Origin: Paraspadella gotoi
Lineage: Eukaryota; Animalia; Chaetognatha
DNA length: 64,000 bases
Direction of reading: 5' to 3'
Assembly (NCBI GenBank): GCA_051294375.1
Contig: CM119264.1
Location: 11,906,263-11,970,262, forward strand
Each line of letters starts with the position of its first letter. The stretch's first letter is position 1. The notes under the pieces were generated by a model, which saw nothing but the letters and a program-made list of their open reading frames with translations, was not told where the DNA came from and did no database searches. This document shows, piece after piece, positions 39,490 to 58,952 of the stretch. The translations under genes were made by a program, and so were the position numbers.

Positions 39490-39949
39490 CTTCTCTTCTC
39501 TCTCTCCTCTCCTCTCTCTCTCTCTCTCTAGGTTTCACCCCTTCTTCCCCGCTCCTCTTTATCGGCCATTACGAATCCCAGTGAAATAAAAGTTGGCATG
39601 AGCTGCGGGTTTTAGAGAAAGTCCGATGCCATTTGAAGTTCGCGCGTTTCCGTCGGCGCAACTTTGACCCGACCGAGCGACGGACGACGTTGGTGGCGGC
39701 GTCGAATTGCGAGTGGTCGAGGTGGTTGAGCCGGGGTGGTTTGCAAAACTTTCGAAACTTTAAGTTCGTATTTGAATTCAAATAAAAAAGATACATACTG
39801 ATTCTCTCTTTTCCTTTTTTCACATTTTTTTTCGCTGTTGAGTTTTCGTTACATGAGACGCGAAGGGCATTCGACCGTCGAGACGTAGAATTCGATCCTC
39901 TCATCCAAAATTCATGGAACTTTGGAACGAGCAGGAGGGAAACGAAGAT

Positions 39950-40376
39950 TCTTTTCTTTTGTTTTTTCTTTTCTTTTCTTTTCTTTTCTTTTCTTTCTTT
40001 CTTTCTTTTCTTTTCTTTTCTTTCTCTTTCTTTTCTTTTCTTTTCTTTTCTTTTCTTCTTTTCTTTTCTTTTTATTTTCTTTCTCTTTCTTTTCTTTCTT
40101 TTCTTTTCTTTTCTTTCTTTCTTTTCTTTTCTTTTTCTTTTCTTTTTTCTTTTCTTTTCCTTTTCTTTTCTTTTCTTTTCTTTTCTTTTCTTTCTTTCCT
40201 TTCCTTTCCTTTCTTTTCCTTTCCTTTCTTTTCCATCTCTTTCCTTTCTTTCCTTTCCTTCCTTTCCTTTTCCTTTCCCTTTCCTTTCCTTTCCTTTCCT
40301 TTCCTTCTTTCCTTTCCTTTCCTTTCCTTTCCTTTCCTTTCCTTTCCTTTCCTTTCCTTTCCTTTCCTTTCCTTTC
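39950..40376. repeat. (CTTTT)n/(CCTTT)n polypyrimidine tract
   Basis: Direct reading; its counterpart at ~50740-51567 contains long poly-T runs. Confidence 0.95.
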
Positions 40377-41896
40377 TTGTCTTCCTCCCAGCAGCTGCGA
40401 CGATAAAAGACAGAAGCTGAGGAAATGAAAAAAAAAAAAGAAAAAGATTCGGGGAAATAATCCGCCGCGACGTGATGGCGGCGCCGAAACGAAAAGCGGC
40501 GCGCCGGCGCGGTGGGTTTTCTGGCGCCACGGCGTTTTGAGAGTGAGGGAGGCGGCGCAGTCGGTGAAAATTCGACAAAATTCATTCGTGGAATTGGTAA
40601 AACTAATATGAAATTATCCATTTATTTAAATAAATGTTAACTAAGCTATGTTTTGCCTGAATTTTAACAGCAATAAAAAAAAGTTGAAACCGATGATTTA
40701 ATCATCTAACTATAACTAATGATATCATGCATATTATATATGATACGACCTGATTCGAGTCATCAAACTCCATGCAAAGTTCTCCACTCGTCCGGTTTCG
40801 CGATTATTTGTTGATTTCAACTCATTTTTAAACCCTGTACAAGCAAAAAAAGTTTTGGTTAATGAACCCAATTGATGCGTCAAAGTCATGAGTAGTGATG
40901 ACAAAAAAATTTGTAAAATGAACGAATTTTCATACTAATCAAGGTTTGCATGCCTTTAATATGAATGTTTACACTATCAACTGCTAGAGAACATAGCTGG
41001 CTGATTTTCCTAATGCTCGTCAATTAGATTAAAAGAATATCTCATTGATTATGGGCGTGGCCCTTAACCGAAGTGAGGTTTTACGTCAATTGGTTCAAAT
41101 TTTGACGAAATATTTTAAATACAACAATAACAAAATGTCTAGATGCTTTTTAGGAATAAGATGATGTATTGGGATTATATTGAACTGTAAGAAAGAGTGT
41201 TACACAAATGTGTTCCCATAATCTAATGAATTCTCCATAATTGACAACGCGATTAGTCATCCTGTAGTATGTCTTTAACATTCTATGAATTTCCAAGCCT
41301 TATTTTCGTGAAGTTTATGAGATTGGTGGAGGGTTTTGTAGAAATTAATGATCATCATGGACCTTTCAAAGCCGTTATTAAGTTCGTAACATCATTTGTA
41401 GTGGGTTTTATGCACATTTTTGAATTTAAGTAAATTATTTATTTTGCTGACAACACGAATCTGTTTTTATTTTCAAGGATGACATTGTGTAAAGACTTTT
41501 GTTTCGTTTGTTCTTAGTAATTAGGAGAAAAAACATTTGTATTAGTAGTTTACCAGGCAGACATGTTTTGACTATGCAGTTTAGAGTCTATCCTTCGTCT
41601 TTACGCATCCCTCGTTCTCACCCCTCCCTCGCGCATCGCCCTCTCTCACCATCTGTGCCTTTCGGAATATTTCTCCGCGTCCTGCATCTCACCCTCTGGC
41701 CTTGCCTTCATTTTTGCTCCATCCAGCTCACCTCCTCTCATCCCAGATCGCCATCTTGTTTTTCGTCCTCTGCCTTTTCACCTGTTTCGCTGGTGTTCAT
41801 GCCCTCTCGCTCACCGCTTGTTACCTCTTGCCTAGCAAGACATTCCGATGTAGACGGCGATCTCTCCGGTTNNNNNNNNNNNNNNNNNNNNNNNNN

Positions 41897-44800
41897 GAGA
41901 GAGAGAGAAGACGCATTATGCGGTCAACTCTCGTTTATCTCGGTTATCCGTTGCCCACAGAATTATCAGGCAAACACGCGGTCGAGTGCGTGGCCATGAT
42001 TAGAAATCATAAAGTAATAGATTAGATTAATTTTTAATGTATCAATAATCAAAATCAGCGTCTATATTACTGTTTACCTGTCTCCAACATATTGGACAAG
42101 AAGCCTGTATCAGAATTTCATTATTTATTTTAAAAGTTCTGTAATTTCTGCGATCTTTTTATTGTAATTACTCGGAGTATACACGACCCACCAATGAGAA
42201 ACTACTAATGCATACAAGGATAGGCTGGAGTGCTGACACTCTTTGGATACTCTTGGTAATTTGCAGTAGAAAGGATAATCCGGGCCAACTTTATCACAGC
42301 AACGATCTCAATAGATTTTTCGTAAAGTTGTTTGAATTTAAAGTTCTGAGCCCGCGATATTGACCTTAGCTATTTGGTTTGTTGTCATGGTGTATTTTTG
42401 TTTACAAGTTGTCCTTAAAATTACGTACTTAAAATGTGCTAAGATATATTATATAGCTTAATTTATATGTAGCGCAGCGGAGAACAATGGCGGAGACTTT
42501 AAAAATCACTTCATAAGAGAATATTTTATAAAAATAAGAGATGGTAATCATTCCGCCCATAGATAGATCAGTGAGAGAGAAAGATCAGACATAGAGGAGA
42601 GATGAAGCACCGCACGTACTGATATTCTACGAATCCTCACTACCGGGAGAGAAAGGACCACTCCACTGCTAGTATATAGGCGAGTGAACAGGATTGTATC
42701 AGGACAGAGTGGACAGACCGGCTATCGATTAGAGACCTATGTCAGAGAGGGAGTAAACAGGATAGTAGAGAGCAAAATAATTTAGCTATCTGTTTGAGGT
42801 GTGTTGATTAGGCATAATAATTACCTACTGTAATGTTTGTTTCCACCAATTAAAGTAACAGATGACAGACTGAAGAGTCTTATTTGTCAATATCCTAGTT
42901 CACAAATGAGGTTGAAACTTAACTATTGCATATTATTGACAATGAATCGAGATTAAGAGATACGTATTGAAAATGATATGACACTTCGTCGCCGATATTA
43001 TCAGGACCAAATTGTTTCTATCTAATTCTATTTAAAGGTGCTTCGCGAGATATATATATAGGTATAAATAACGGAAATTGCAAATCTCCTTAGACGGAAT
43101 ATGGAAATTATTTATAGTTTAACACACTAACTGCAAGTATTTTAACGACTCTATGACACTTTTATGACTTCCAAATATTTTTTTACTTTTTCAATATATA
43201 TAAAACTTCTCATTTCTCTTCTCAGTTGCTCTCGAGAGGGATATTATTTTAATCTTGATATGAAATTTGATGGAGCTCGGTTGCGTTGATATTTATTATG
43301 CAGATATTTGTCGCATTTACCTTCTCACATTAGGCACAGAAGCATCATGAGATGACGACGAGAGTTAGCGGTCACCTAAAGTATTGACTAAGGTTATCAT
43401 GTCTAATATCACTTTTTATCTACGCATGTATATCCACAGAAAAATCTCTGAGGAATGTAAATATTAGGGTGATTATTGTTATCGAGAATATAATGGTGAA
43501 TTAATAAATTATATTAGTTTTTTAAGGATAGGAGACACATAATATACCAAGAATATTTTAAAAAAAAACGATTACAACCACTAACCTTCACTGATGTTTA
43601 AATTAAATATATAGAAGGGAGTTTAGAAAGAGAGTATAATCGTTATAATTAGATTTCGAGATATTGAGTCACGCCACTGTTATAGAGAGAGGAGAATGTA
43701 TATATATATGTTTGCTCTCGCACCCACGAAACCACTCATAGTCTCCAGAGGGCGGGAACCTCTCTGTTGTTACCTCGTTTACTCGTCGCGCAAGTGATGG
43801 GGGTGAAAAAAAAAAAGTGACAAAAAAAAAATAGAGAGTATGGAAGAGAGAGAAGAGGAGAGAAAGCTGAGAGATCAAGTACTTGTATGTCCGTAATAAG
43901 AGGTGAATAGTATCTATAATAAATATATAATATGTGTATATATGTATATATGAAGAAGTCTGATCACGCAATTTGCGCAACCACTGCACCTCTCTGTGTA
44001 TATGTGGTTTATAGTAGTAGTGTACTGCCGTGCTCATTTAATGTACTTTAATAGAAGCTGTGTGTGCATTATTCTCGCTCACAAATGTTGAATTTTTTTT
44101 AATACTGTAACCAGTCTTCCATGTTATGCCACCAAATACTTGCCGTTATTAGGTCATGTTCTTGACATTGGTTTACCCCTCCTGATTGAACAACTGCAAC
44201 CGCGCCACAAAATCCAGGTCAAGTAATGAATATTCTTCACATGTAAAATTTGGGATTTTGTTATTGAAAAAAAAGCGTGGAATAAATGGCGATAATAAAA
44301 GTTTTTTTGAAAAGGAAAAAAAATAATCAGCAACGGCGATCCCTGGCTCGATAAATAGGTAACAGGTAAATTTGTTCAATATTTTCAATAGAATAGGAAA
44401 AAATACTTGCCAAAAATATAAAAAGACATATAATATTTAGAGAATCTTTAAGATAAAATCCGTAATAAAAAACACTTGCTATCTAGAGTTTGGTGATTGA
44501 AGCAAGCGTGAGGTGAAGTGAAGGATCTAGTGGTGCAGACAGGAAGAGCAAATGAATGCGCGTCTGTAGTATGTATCACACAGACAGACGGGATTCCTGA
44601 GAAACGTCCTCTACACCAGACTGCAGGTTAAAAATAAAAGAAGAGCTTTTAATTCTGCGGACTGTTCTATTTGTTCGTCACGACAAAATGCGTCTGTTTG
44701 TGTTGTGGAGGCCATCTGTTTTATTAAGACCTAAACAGGCAAACATTTGCTATTTTGGTTGTAAAGCGATGCAAGTGCGTAAGATCTAACGTGAGGTGAC

Positions 44801-44985
44801 AGACATAGAGCAAATTTCTACTCAACAGTAAGGGAGAGCTGCCTCATAGTAGAAAAAAGTGAGAGACACATCCTCGTAGTAGGTAGCAAAGTTACGAAGA
44901 CGGAAAAAAAAAAAAATTGAAAAAAAATAGGGAGCGGCCCAAAATTGTACAATTTTCGGGGGTAATGGTAAATCGGCTGAGCGAT
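41897..44985. other. Probable low-quality raw long-read sequence
   Basis: Starts at the 25-N gap (41872-41896), lacks the local texture, and only faintly resembles 35670-35735 just before merging into copy 2. Confidence 0.55.
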
Positions 44986-44987
44986 TT

Positions 44988-51959
<6,972 letters not shown>

Positions 51960-52400
51960 TAATATATTTATCCTATTGCCGATTCCTTTGAATTGGCACA
52001 GCGGAACTTGATTCATTGCCTGACCAATGACCAGTTGCCACTCGCCTCACCAATTCAGTTCTTTCCTTACCTTCCTGAGCCGTGTCTACTCGCCTGACGA
52101 AAACAGCGCCTTTATTGACCACTCACTGACGTCAGTGTCCACTATCCCAACCTTTCTTTCGCTTCTAATTAAGGCGAAAATGTCTCCTCGATTTCCCTCG
52201 TTATCTGAGATAGAGAGACCGAAACGTCGTGAACAGATGCCAGGCTAAAGATGAGGGGGGGGTTACGATGGCGGAGGAAGCCTGGTCGCGACGCCTCGAC
52301 AGGTTTCAAGCCTTTTTACACAATCGAAAGGAGGAAAAAACAATAACCTGATTGGATGGAGGTACGGAGAGAGAGAAAGGGGAGAGAGAGAAAGAAAGGA

Positions 52401-52438
<38 letters not shown>

Positions 52439-52837
52439 AAGAGAATTTGCTTCTGTGTATTTTTTCAGTTTCCTTCGAAACATTGAGTTGAATGAGTATT
52501 TAAATTTATGATGACCTCGTTGAATAGAATACGTCACTATTAAGTACTATTATACATAGTTTCGAATAATTTTTAAAACACTATCAACAAACAGAAATTC
52601 GTTTTTTTAAATGCAGGTACCCCATCTATTTATGCCTAAAAAAAGTTACGTTAGCCATCACCTATGACCAATTTCAGCAAGTTTTTTGCCAAATAAAAAC
52701 CCATGGAGAATATCACCAATTTGTGAAAACTAGGTCACCGACCTCGAAAGTAAGAAATTCCTTCACTGAACCTTTTCCAGTGGATAAAGGGAGGGGGCGA
52801 ATGCGGTAAAGCTAATTCCTTCAATCTTTGTTTGTTA

Positions 52838-52896
<59 letters not shown>

Positions 52897-53219
52897 TCTC
52901 TCTCTGTTTGTTGTTAGTTATTTACTCGCTAGATTCGTTGAGGGCTGCTTTATAATTTTGTCTTCAGCCAATAAGAATTGGCTTTGGTTTTGAGTAACTA
53001 ATGAAGCCAATGAATGAGAGTTTGATCCATATGGCTGTGCTATTATTAGATATATGTACTCGTCTGCCAAGCAAACATACTTGACTCACGAGTGCTTGTT
53101 TCTACATACTGTAATTCTTGTTCAAACTAAACCACTGACTGAGTTTTTCACTTTCTCACGATGAAATATTTTCAGCCTCGTTTCGTCGTTCTTCAACAAT
53201 AATCCTTTTCATCTTCATC

Positions 53220-53264
<45 letters not shown>

Positions 53265-54059
53265 CTTTTCTTACTTAACATCCTCTACCTTCCCGCCTTC
53301 CTTCCCATCCACGCATCCGCCTCCTCGCTCTCCACTCACCTCGTCCACGTTAACCTTTCTCTCGGCCTCAATATAAAAACGGATTAATTCTTCATTCTTT
53401 TTTTTTTCTCGTTTCTCTCCATCCCAAGTTGCGGTGGGTGGGTGAGGCAGCGTGGGCCGCGGCGTTTGAAAATTAACGGGAGGTTGGGTGGGTGTGGCGG
53501 GCCGGTGGTTTGGGGCGCCCCCAGTGGGTGGAAGTGAGGAACGAAATCTAATCTTCGGAGAAAAACTTTTTTTCTGGATGAGAGAGTTTTACACGTCGCG
53601 TTCTTTCATTTCCACTTTTGTTTTTTCCCCTTTTATTTTGACGCCGTTCATAAAAGAAGACAAAAACAAAATCAGTCAACGCCAAAGAAAGAAGGATTAA
53701 AAAAAAAGAGAGAAAAATAAAGGAGAAAGAAAAAATTTTTGCCGACACAAAAGAACCAGGAGCGACGCCGGTTCGAAAAAAAGGGAAAGGGCGCCGAGAG
53801 CGCCGGGGGCGCCCACCGCTATGTTGAACGGCTCTGAGCCGGAATGAATTGAATCTGCTTCCAGGGTAATTCTGAGACCCTTATCCTCTCGCGGAAGCTT
53901 AAATACTCCACTAATCGTAAGTGGTGTAACTGTAACTATCTCCCTTACGGTAACTAACTAACAAACAAATAAAAAACAGGTTTCTGATTAACGAAATTAG
54001 ACAGTCGCAAGATTCGCTCTCAGGCGAAAAACAGATCGTCCTTTACAGTGGTTTCTCTT

Positions 54060-54297
54060 ACCAACGATTATTTATGTCCTTGTAGTTAATTAGTATTTTG
54101 TCTGCATATATGTGGGTAAGTGAGCTGAAAACTTTTCTAATTTCTGCGCAAGCATTGGAATGTACCACAGGCCTGGAACCCGTTTTGGAAGTCGGGTTAA
54201 GGCCGTTTTCATACTTTCCGAAGGGTAGGTACCGGGTTGGGATTGAACCCGGTAGCTCTTGGTCATGAGCCGACGGCATCACTCTTCGGGTCACAAC
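54060..54297 (-). mobile_element. tRNA-derived SINE-like element
   Basis: Minus strand GTGACCCGAAGAGTGATGCCGTCGGCTCATGACCAAGAGCTACCGGGTTCAATCCC shows a degenerate A box, an anticodon-like CTCATGA loop and a B box (GGTTCAATCCC), followed by non-tRNA body. The 3' end is approximate. Confidence 0.6.
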
Positions 54298-54570
54298 TGA
54301 TGTAAGGATGTCTATAGACGAGTTGAACCAAGGGCATGTCCGCTACATATATTGCCTGATTTATCAATTTCAGCAATTTATCTGCAACTACTAAATCGAC
54401 TTCGTGACTCGTTGCGTGTTATTCCGTCCTTCGTCGTCTTCAATTTCTTCTTCTTTCGCCGACGTCGGCGTCATCGTCCTCTTCGGTTTGTTTTGGTATT
54501 GCGGACTCCACTTTGCGAAAATCATTCGGCGGGAGAATGCGTTATGGTTCGTCGTTGTGTTTTATCGATT

Positions 54571-54771
54571 TTACCATTTGGGTTTTTTTGTTTTGTTGTT
54601 TACGTTGCGATTGTTGTTGATGGCGTCGGCGGCGGCGGCCGAGTCGGCGACGAGAGCGGCTATTGAGGGCGGCGTCGGCAGCGGCGTCTGCGGCGTCGGT
54701 GCTTTCTCTCTTTCCAGTCGCTCCAACGAAATCGAATCCATTCGCTTTGAATTCGTGACGAGTGGAACCGT
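54571..54771 (-). CDS. Probable terminal coding exon of an uncharacterised minus-strand gene
   Basis: ...gtcgtcag| then TVPLVTNSKRMDSISLERLEREKAPTPQTPLPTPPSIAALVADSAAAADAINNNRNVNNKTKKPKW*, with GC-rich third positions. Phase 0 matches the preceding exon. Confidence 0.55.
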   Translation of the reverse strand, partial: TVPLVTNSKRMDSISLERLEREKAPTPQTPLPTPPSIAALVADSAAAADAINNNRNVNNKTKKPKW

Positions 54772-55152
54772 CTGACGACGACGACGACGACGACGACGAA
54801 TAGAGCATGAGAACGAAAGGACTCAAGGACTTTGTTTTGTTGTTGTTTCACAATCGAATGCTCAGTTTATTCCCGGGGTTAATATATACATTCGTGAATA
54901 CTGAATAGTGATATGTTTTGGCTCTGCAACAAAATAATGACTCTTGTACGTTAAAATATTTTTTTAGCTTTTTTATTGTTACCTACAAATTATGCAAAAT
55001 GATTCACAGCTTCTTGAAGACGCATTCTCATCTAAAATAAAAATAAAAATTGTTTTTAGGGTTTTTTATGTGTTATCTATTTTGCTTATTAATTGTTTTC
55101 TTTATTCGTCCTCGTAACGTAGATTTAAATGCTTTTAATTTGAAAAACGAAC

Positions 55153-55366
55153 ACGAGGCTTCTGAGGATCGTGTCGCCCGCCTGTGACTCTCTTTGCGTC
55201 TGGCGACATGGGAAGCTTCGCTATGCGCCGCGTCTCCGTCCGACTCCTAAACGGCATCGCCCACGCCACGAGATTTCTCTCCGTCAGAGGGTGAATAGGT
55301 CGGTGGTGCATCTCCGCCGCCAAACTTTCTTTATTCACAAATTTTAGCGGGGCGTCTGATTTTGGC
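55153..55366 (-). CDS. Probable internal coding exon (same gene)
   Basis: tttttccttgagtag| ... |gttcgt; a GC island in AT-rich introns. (R)PKSDAPLKFVNKESLAAEMHHRPIHPLTERNLVAWAMPFRSRTETRRIAKLPMSPDAKRVTGGRHDPQKPR, phase 2 to 0. Confidence 0.55.
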
Positions 55367-57452
55367 CTACTCAAGGAAAAATATTGAAATATTATTATTT
55401 TCTTTTTATATGTTTTCCTCTATGTACTGCGACTAAAAAGTTTAAAAGCTAAAAAGTCCCGTACGGGGCGTAATGCCATGTGAGGAAATTTCATCAAATT
55501 CCCAATCATATTTTTGCTACTTTCTGCTTCTTTTCCTTTTAATTTTCTTTTCTTTGCCAATTCCCTTACGGCAACTGCTTCGAGATCAAAGGTCAGGACG
55601 TCACGTGACAGGTAATAAGATCCGATGGCGAAGCAGAATGTCCGTTTGTTTTATATATTTTTTTATTTTTTTATTTTCGAGTTCCTTTTAGTTTTCTAAA
55701 TTAAATAAACAGAACCTTTCAATGAGGGAAAATACACCCAGCTAATTTAGAAAATGTAAAAATTAAAAGAGATTAAGGAAATTGATAGAAAAAACTAATT
55801 GCGCCACTACGTATGTTACTGACACTGTGTACTACACACTACACACACACACACACACACTACACACTACACAGTGTGAAGTGTGTACGACTACTCCGTT
55901 CGCTACTCCGTTTTAAACTTTTGTTTATTTTTTAACTCGAGCTGATATTACAAGAGAGCGCATTCGTTGGGACAAAAAAAAAGAAATGAACAGTCGTGAC
56001 AAACCTTTTTTTGCTTTGCCAATGAAAATAAACTGATAAATTATAAAATGATAAATGATAATAAATGAAAATGTTTTATTATTTTTTTATTTTTTTATTT
56101 TTAATTTAGAAAAAAATAAAAGTTTGAAGTTTACAGAATAAGAAGGTAGTTCCATGATTGAACAAATAAAATTTAATATACAATCAAAATCAAAAGTTCA
56201 TATTTTAATCCAACATTGGACAAGTTATAAACTTATATTTTAAATCTTAATTCTGTCTTATTAATAGATATCAACTATGAAAATAAAATCAAAAGGGGCG
56301 GGGGTACACACTTTAGTTTTGATGTCTACTTTTAGGTAGAAAAAGAATTTTTTTTAAAAATTCAATATTAATGCTTTATTGTTGCTATAAAAATTATTAT
56401 ATTATTATTTAATGATAAAAAAAATTTTAATCAATCCTAAATTATTTCAATAGATTCTGATTGAGAACAAAAAGTTAAATAAAAAAATATATAATTACAA
56501 CTTTATAAAATGCTTATGTTTTCTTGGTCAAAATTTAAAAAAAAACTAATAAAATTATCCAAAGAATATGATAATGATTATTATTAATAGTTTTCTTATT
56601 TTTTACCCACTTAGGACCAGAATATCGAAAAAATAATTATACTTTGTTTAGACGACTTTTTGCAAGCTACATGAATCTGATCTTAAAAATAAAATATATA
56701 TTTAGCCTTTCCAATCTATAAATAAATATTGAAAGATTAATATATAGGGTATAGATTCATGTTAAAATTTTTTTGTCGGTGCTAATTTTTAAAAAAAATG
56801 TATAAATTTTCCTTTAGGCAGGTGCTCAATTAAAACTTTTAACTCAACTCAACAAGATAGGCCATCCCTATTAAAACAAAAGTGTTTTACTGCTTATTAG
56901 AGACATCTGATAACGGCTACCGTAAATAAATGAACAGTTACATAACTTCGTTATCTTAGTCTATGATTTATACTAAGAATATCTCCTATTCTTATAATTT
57001 TAGAATAATTTTTGGTATCTTAGAATAAATAAAATGTTACATATTGCTTGTTACATGTTATTAGAACATACAATTCTGCAAGGTAGTCTTATCCTTATGT
57101 AAAAACAATCATACAATATAACCTTAATCCACCCCAAAAAATTATCCTTTCACCCCTTTTTTAATTTAGGAATCCGACTTATATATTTTTTTCCCTTTTT
57201 ATATTTTTAAAGTTTTGATTTTAAATTGTAATTTATGTAGTTCTTATCGAAACTTGAAAGTCGCGTAAATTACATAAACTTGAATATATTTTTCGAAAAA
57301 TTATCTTTGAAATTTCTTTAAGACCCTCGCAAGTCGTTAAATTAAGCCGCGCTACAATACAAAATAACAAAACATCTCGCGGCGAAGCGAAGCAGTTTTA
57401 TGAGCCGAGATAAGGCGACCGCTTTTCTTGTATGAAAACAAACGCCCCTCAC

Positions 57453-57596
57453 CTACGCTTACTCTCCTCCGCGGGGTAATCGGGGAAGACGCCATAAACA
57501 TAACCACTTCCGGAGGCGAAGAGATAAAGCCGAGGATGCCTACAGATTCCGTTTATCTCGGTAAGGCAGGCCCCGGTGAAACCCACCTGGTTGAGA
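57453..57596 (-). CDS. Coding exon with a WD40-blade-like motif (same gene)
   Basis: ctctgtttttttaaag| ... ag|gtgagg. Only one open frame: LNQVGFTGACLTEINGICRHPRLYLFASGSGYVYGVFPDYPAEESKR(R), phase 2 to 2. Confidence 0.65.
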
Positions 57597-57618
57597 CTTT
57601 AAAAAAACAGAGATGAGA

Positions 57619-57699
<81 letters not shown>

Positions 57700-58075
57700 C
57701 GTTGTATCCCAACCACGAGTCGGATAATAAAAAGGATAGTATAAAGTATCAAAACCTCTTTCCTTTATTTTCTCAACTTCCTCGTCTCTCCAACTACCAC
57801 TTCTTCGTTTGATCTCGCTTTTTCCTTTGGATTTTTTCCTCTGAGAAAAAAAACTTTGACGCGCGAATTTGATTTATTTTAAGAGTCACTCAAGAAAGGG
57901 TCAAAAGGGTGTCACTCGCTTTTTTTCTCTTTCATTTTTGTCGATGACGACGACGACGACAACGACCTCGACGAAAACGAGGAAGGAAACGAAAAATAAA
58001 AAATGACGGAGACGACACCGACGACCAACAGTATGAACATTAAACACTTGACAACGACGACAACGTTAACCCCAC

Positions 58076-58169
58076 CCATGTAGAGATCTCCATTTCACAT
58101 GAACCAAAGTCACAACCTCCTTTTCACCCATAAAATCCGCCGGTTCTTCGTCGCGGCACCCAACGTCGT
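58076..58169 (-). CDS. Probable upstream coding exon (same gene), 5' boundary uncertain
   Basis: DVGCRDEEPADFMGEKEVVTLVHVKWRSLH(G) ending gg|gtgggg in phase 2, in frame with 57596. Confidence 0.45.
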
Positions 58170-58952
58170 CTGTTCATGTATCTGTCGGTGAGGTTTCACG
58201 CTCAGCAACTGCAAACTCACTGGGAAAGGATTGGACCTAACATCTAATGAATTTCTTGGCCAAGCTTTTATCATTACACATGATCGCCTGATTATTAGTA
58301 TTGCTTTCTTAACTACGCTCCATTTAGTCGATGCCCATTGTTGCCTAAAAACATTCATTGTCTTTCTTTCCTTGAATATTAAGTTATGCGACATCCTTTT
58401 TACGCTTTCACCCTTCACCGAACTTCAGTCGACGTCACTTATTCAATAAAATCCCAACGTGAGATTTTATGCGTCACCAGATATTAGATGGTGCCACTCT
58501 CTTGTCAGTACCTGCCATCTTTCAAGCAGTTTCCTTGGACGACATTTTAAGAGTTCCCTCTCTCCTCTTCCTCTCCTGTCCCAACCCCTCCCTTTTCACT
58601 CTTTCCCCCCCCCTAGCGCCCTCTCTGTCTCCCTCTCTTCTTCCTTTCCCTTCGCGAGGGCGACTCAAATATTAACGGTGATATTCTTTATCGCTTTTGT
58701 CCGATTCTCCCTCCGTCTCGCCTCGTTATCTCTCCTATAGTTTCGCCTCTATAAAGGCTCTATATAAATCGACCCCCGCGGCTTTTTTATCACCCTTTTA
58801 TTATGACTATTCTCGTTCATCCTTTCCTTCCTTTTTTTTTTTTCATTTCTATTTTCCTCCTTTCTTCGCTTCTCTTTTGTACTTTTTCTTTTCTATTTTT
58901 ATTCCAAGCTTTGTCTGCGGAGTTTTCTTTTCTCGTTTAATAGTAAAGTTAA

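Larger units (their letters stand above)
35738..40767 (+). repeat. Direct duplication, copy 1 (empty-site version)
   Basis: Near-identical to 44988-48965 plus 50530-51959, with mostly indel differences. Confidence 0.95.

Noticed and set aside
39569-40621. 350-aa Lys/Glu/Arg-rich ORF (also the poly-Phe ORF at 50558-51619)
   Set aside because: Translation of (CTTTT)n and poly-T tracts; the frames are not preserved between the duplicate copies.
55208-55294. Plus-strand MGSFAMRRVSVRLLNGIAHATRFLSVRG resembling a mitochondrial targeting peptide
   Set aside because: It is antisense to a better-supported, phase-consistent minus-strand exon, and I found no downstream plus-strand exon.
55900-57340. 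AT-rich intronic segment resembling an old MITE
   Set aside because: I could not identify terminal inverted repeats or a TSD by eye.
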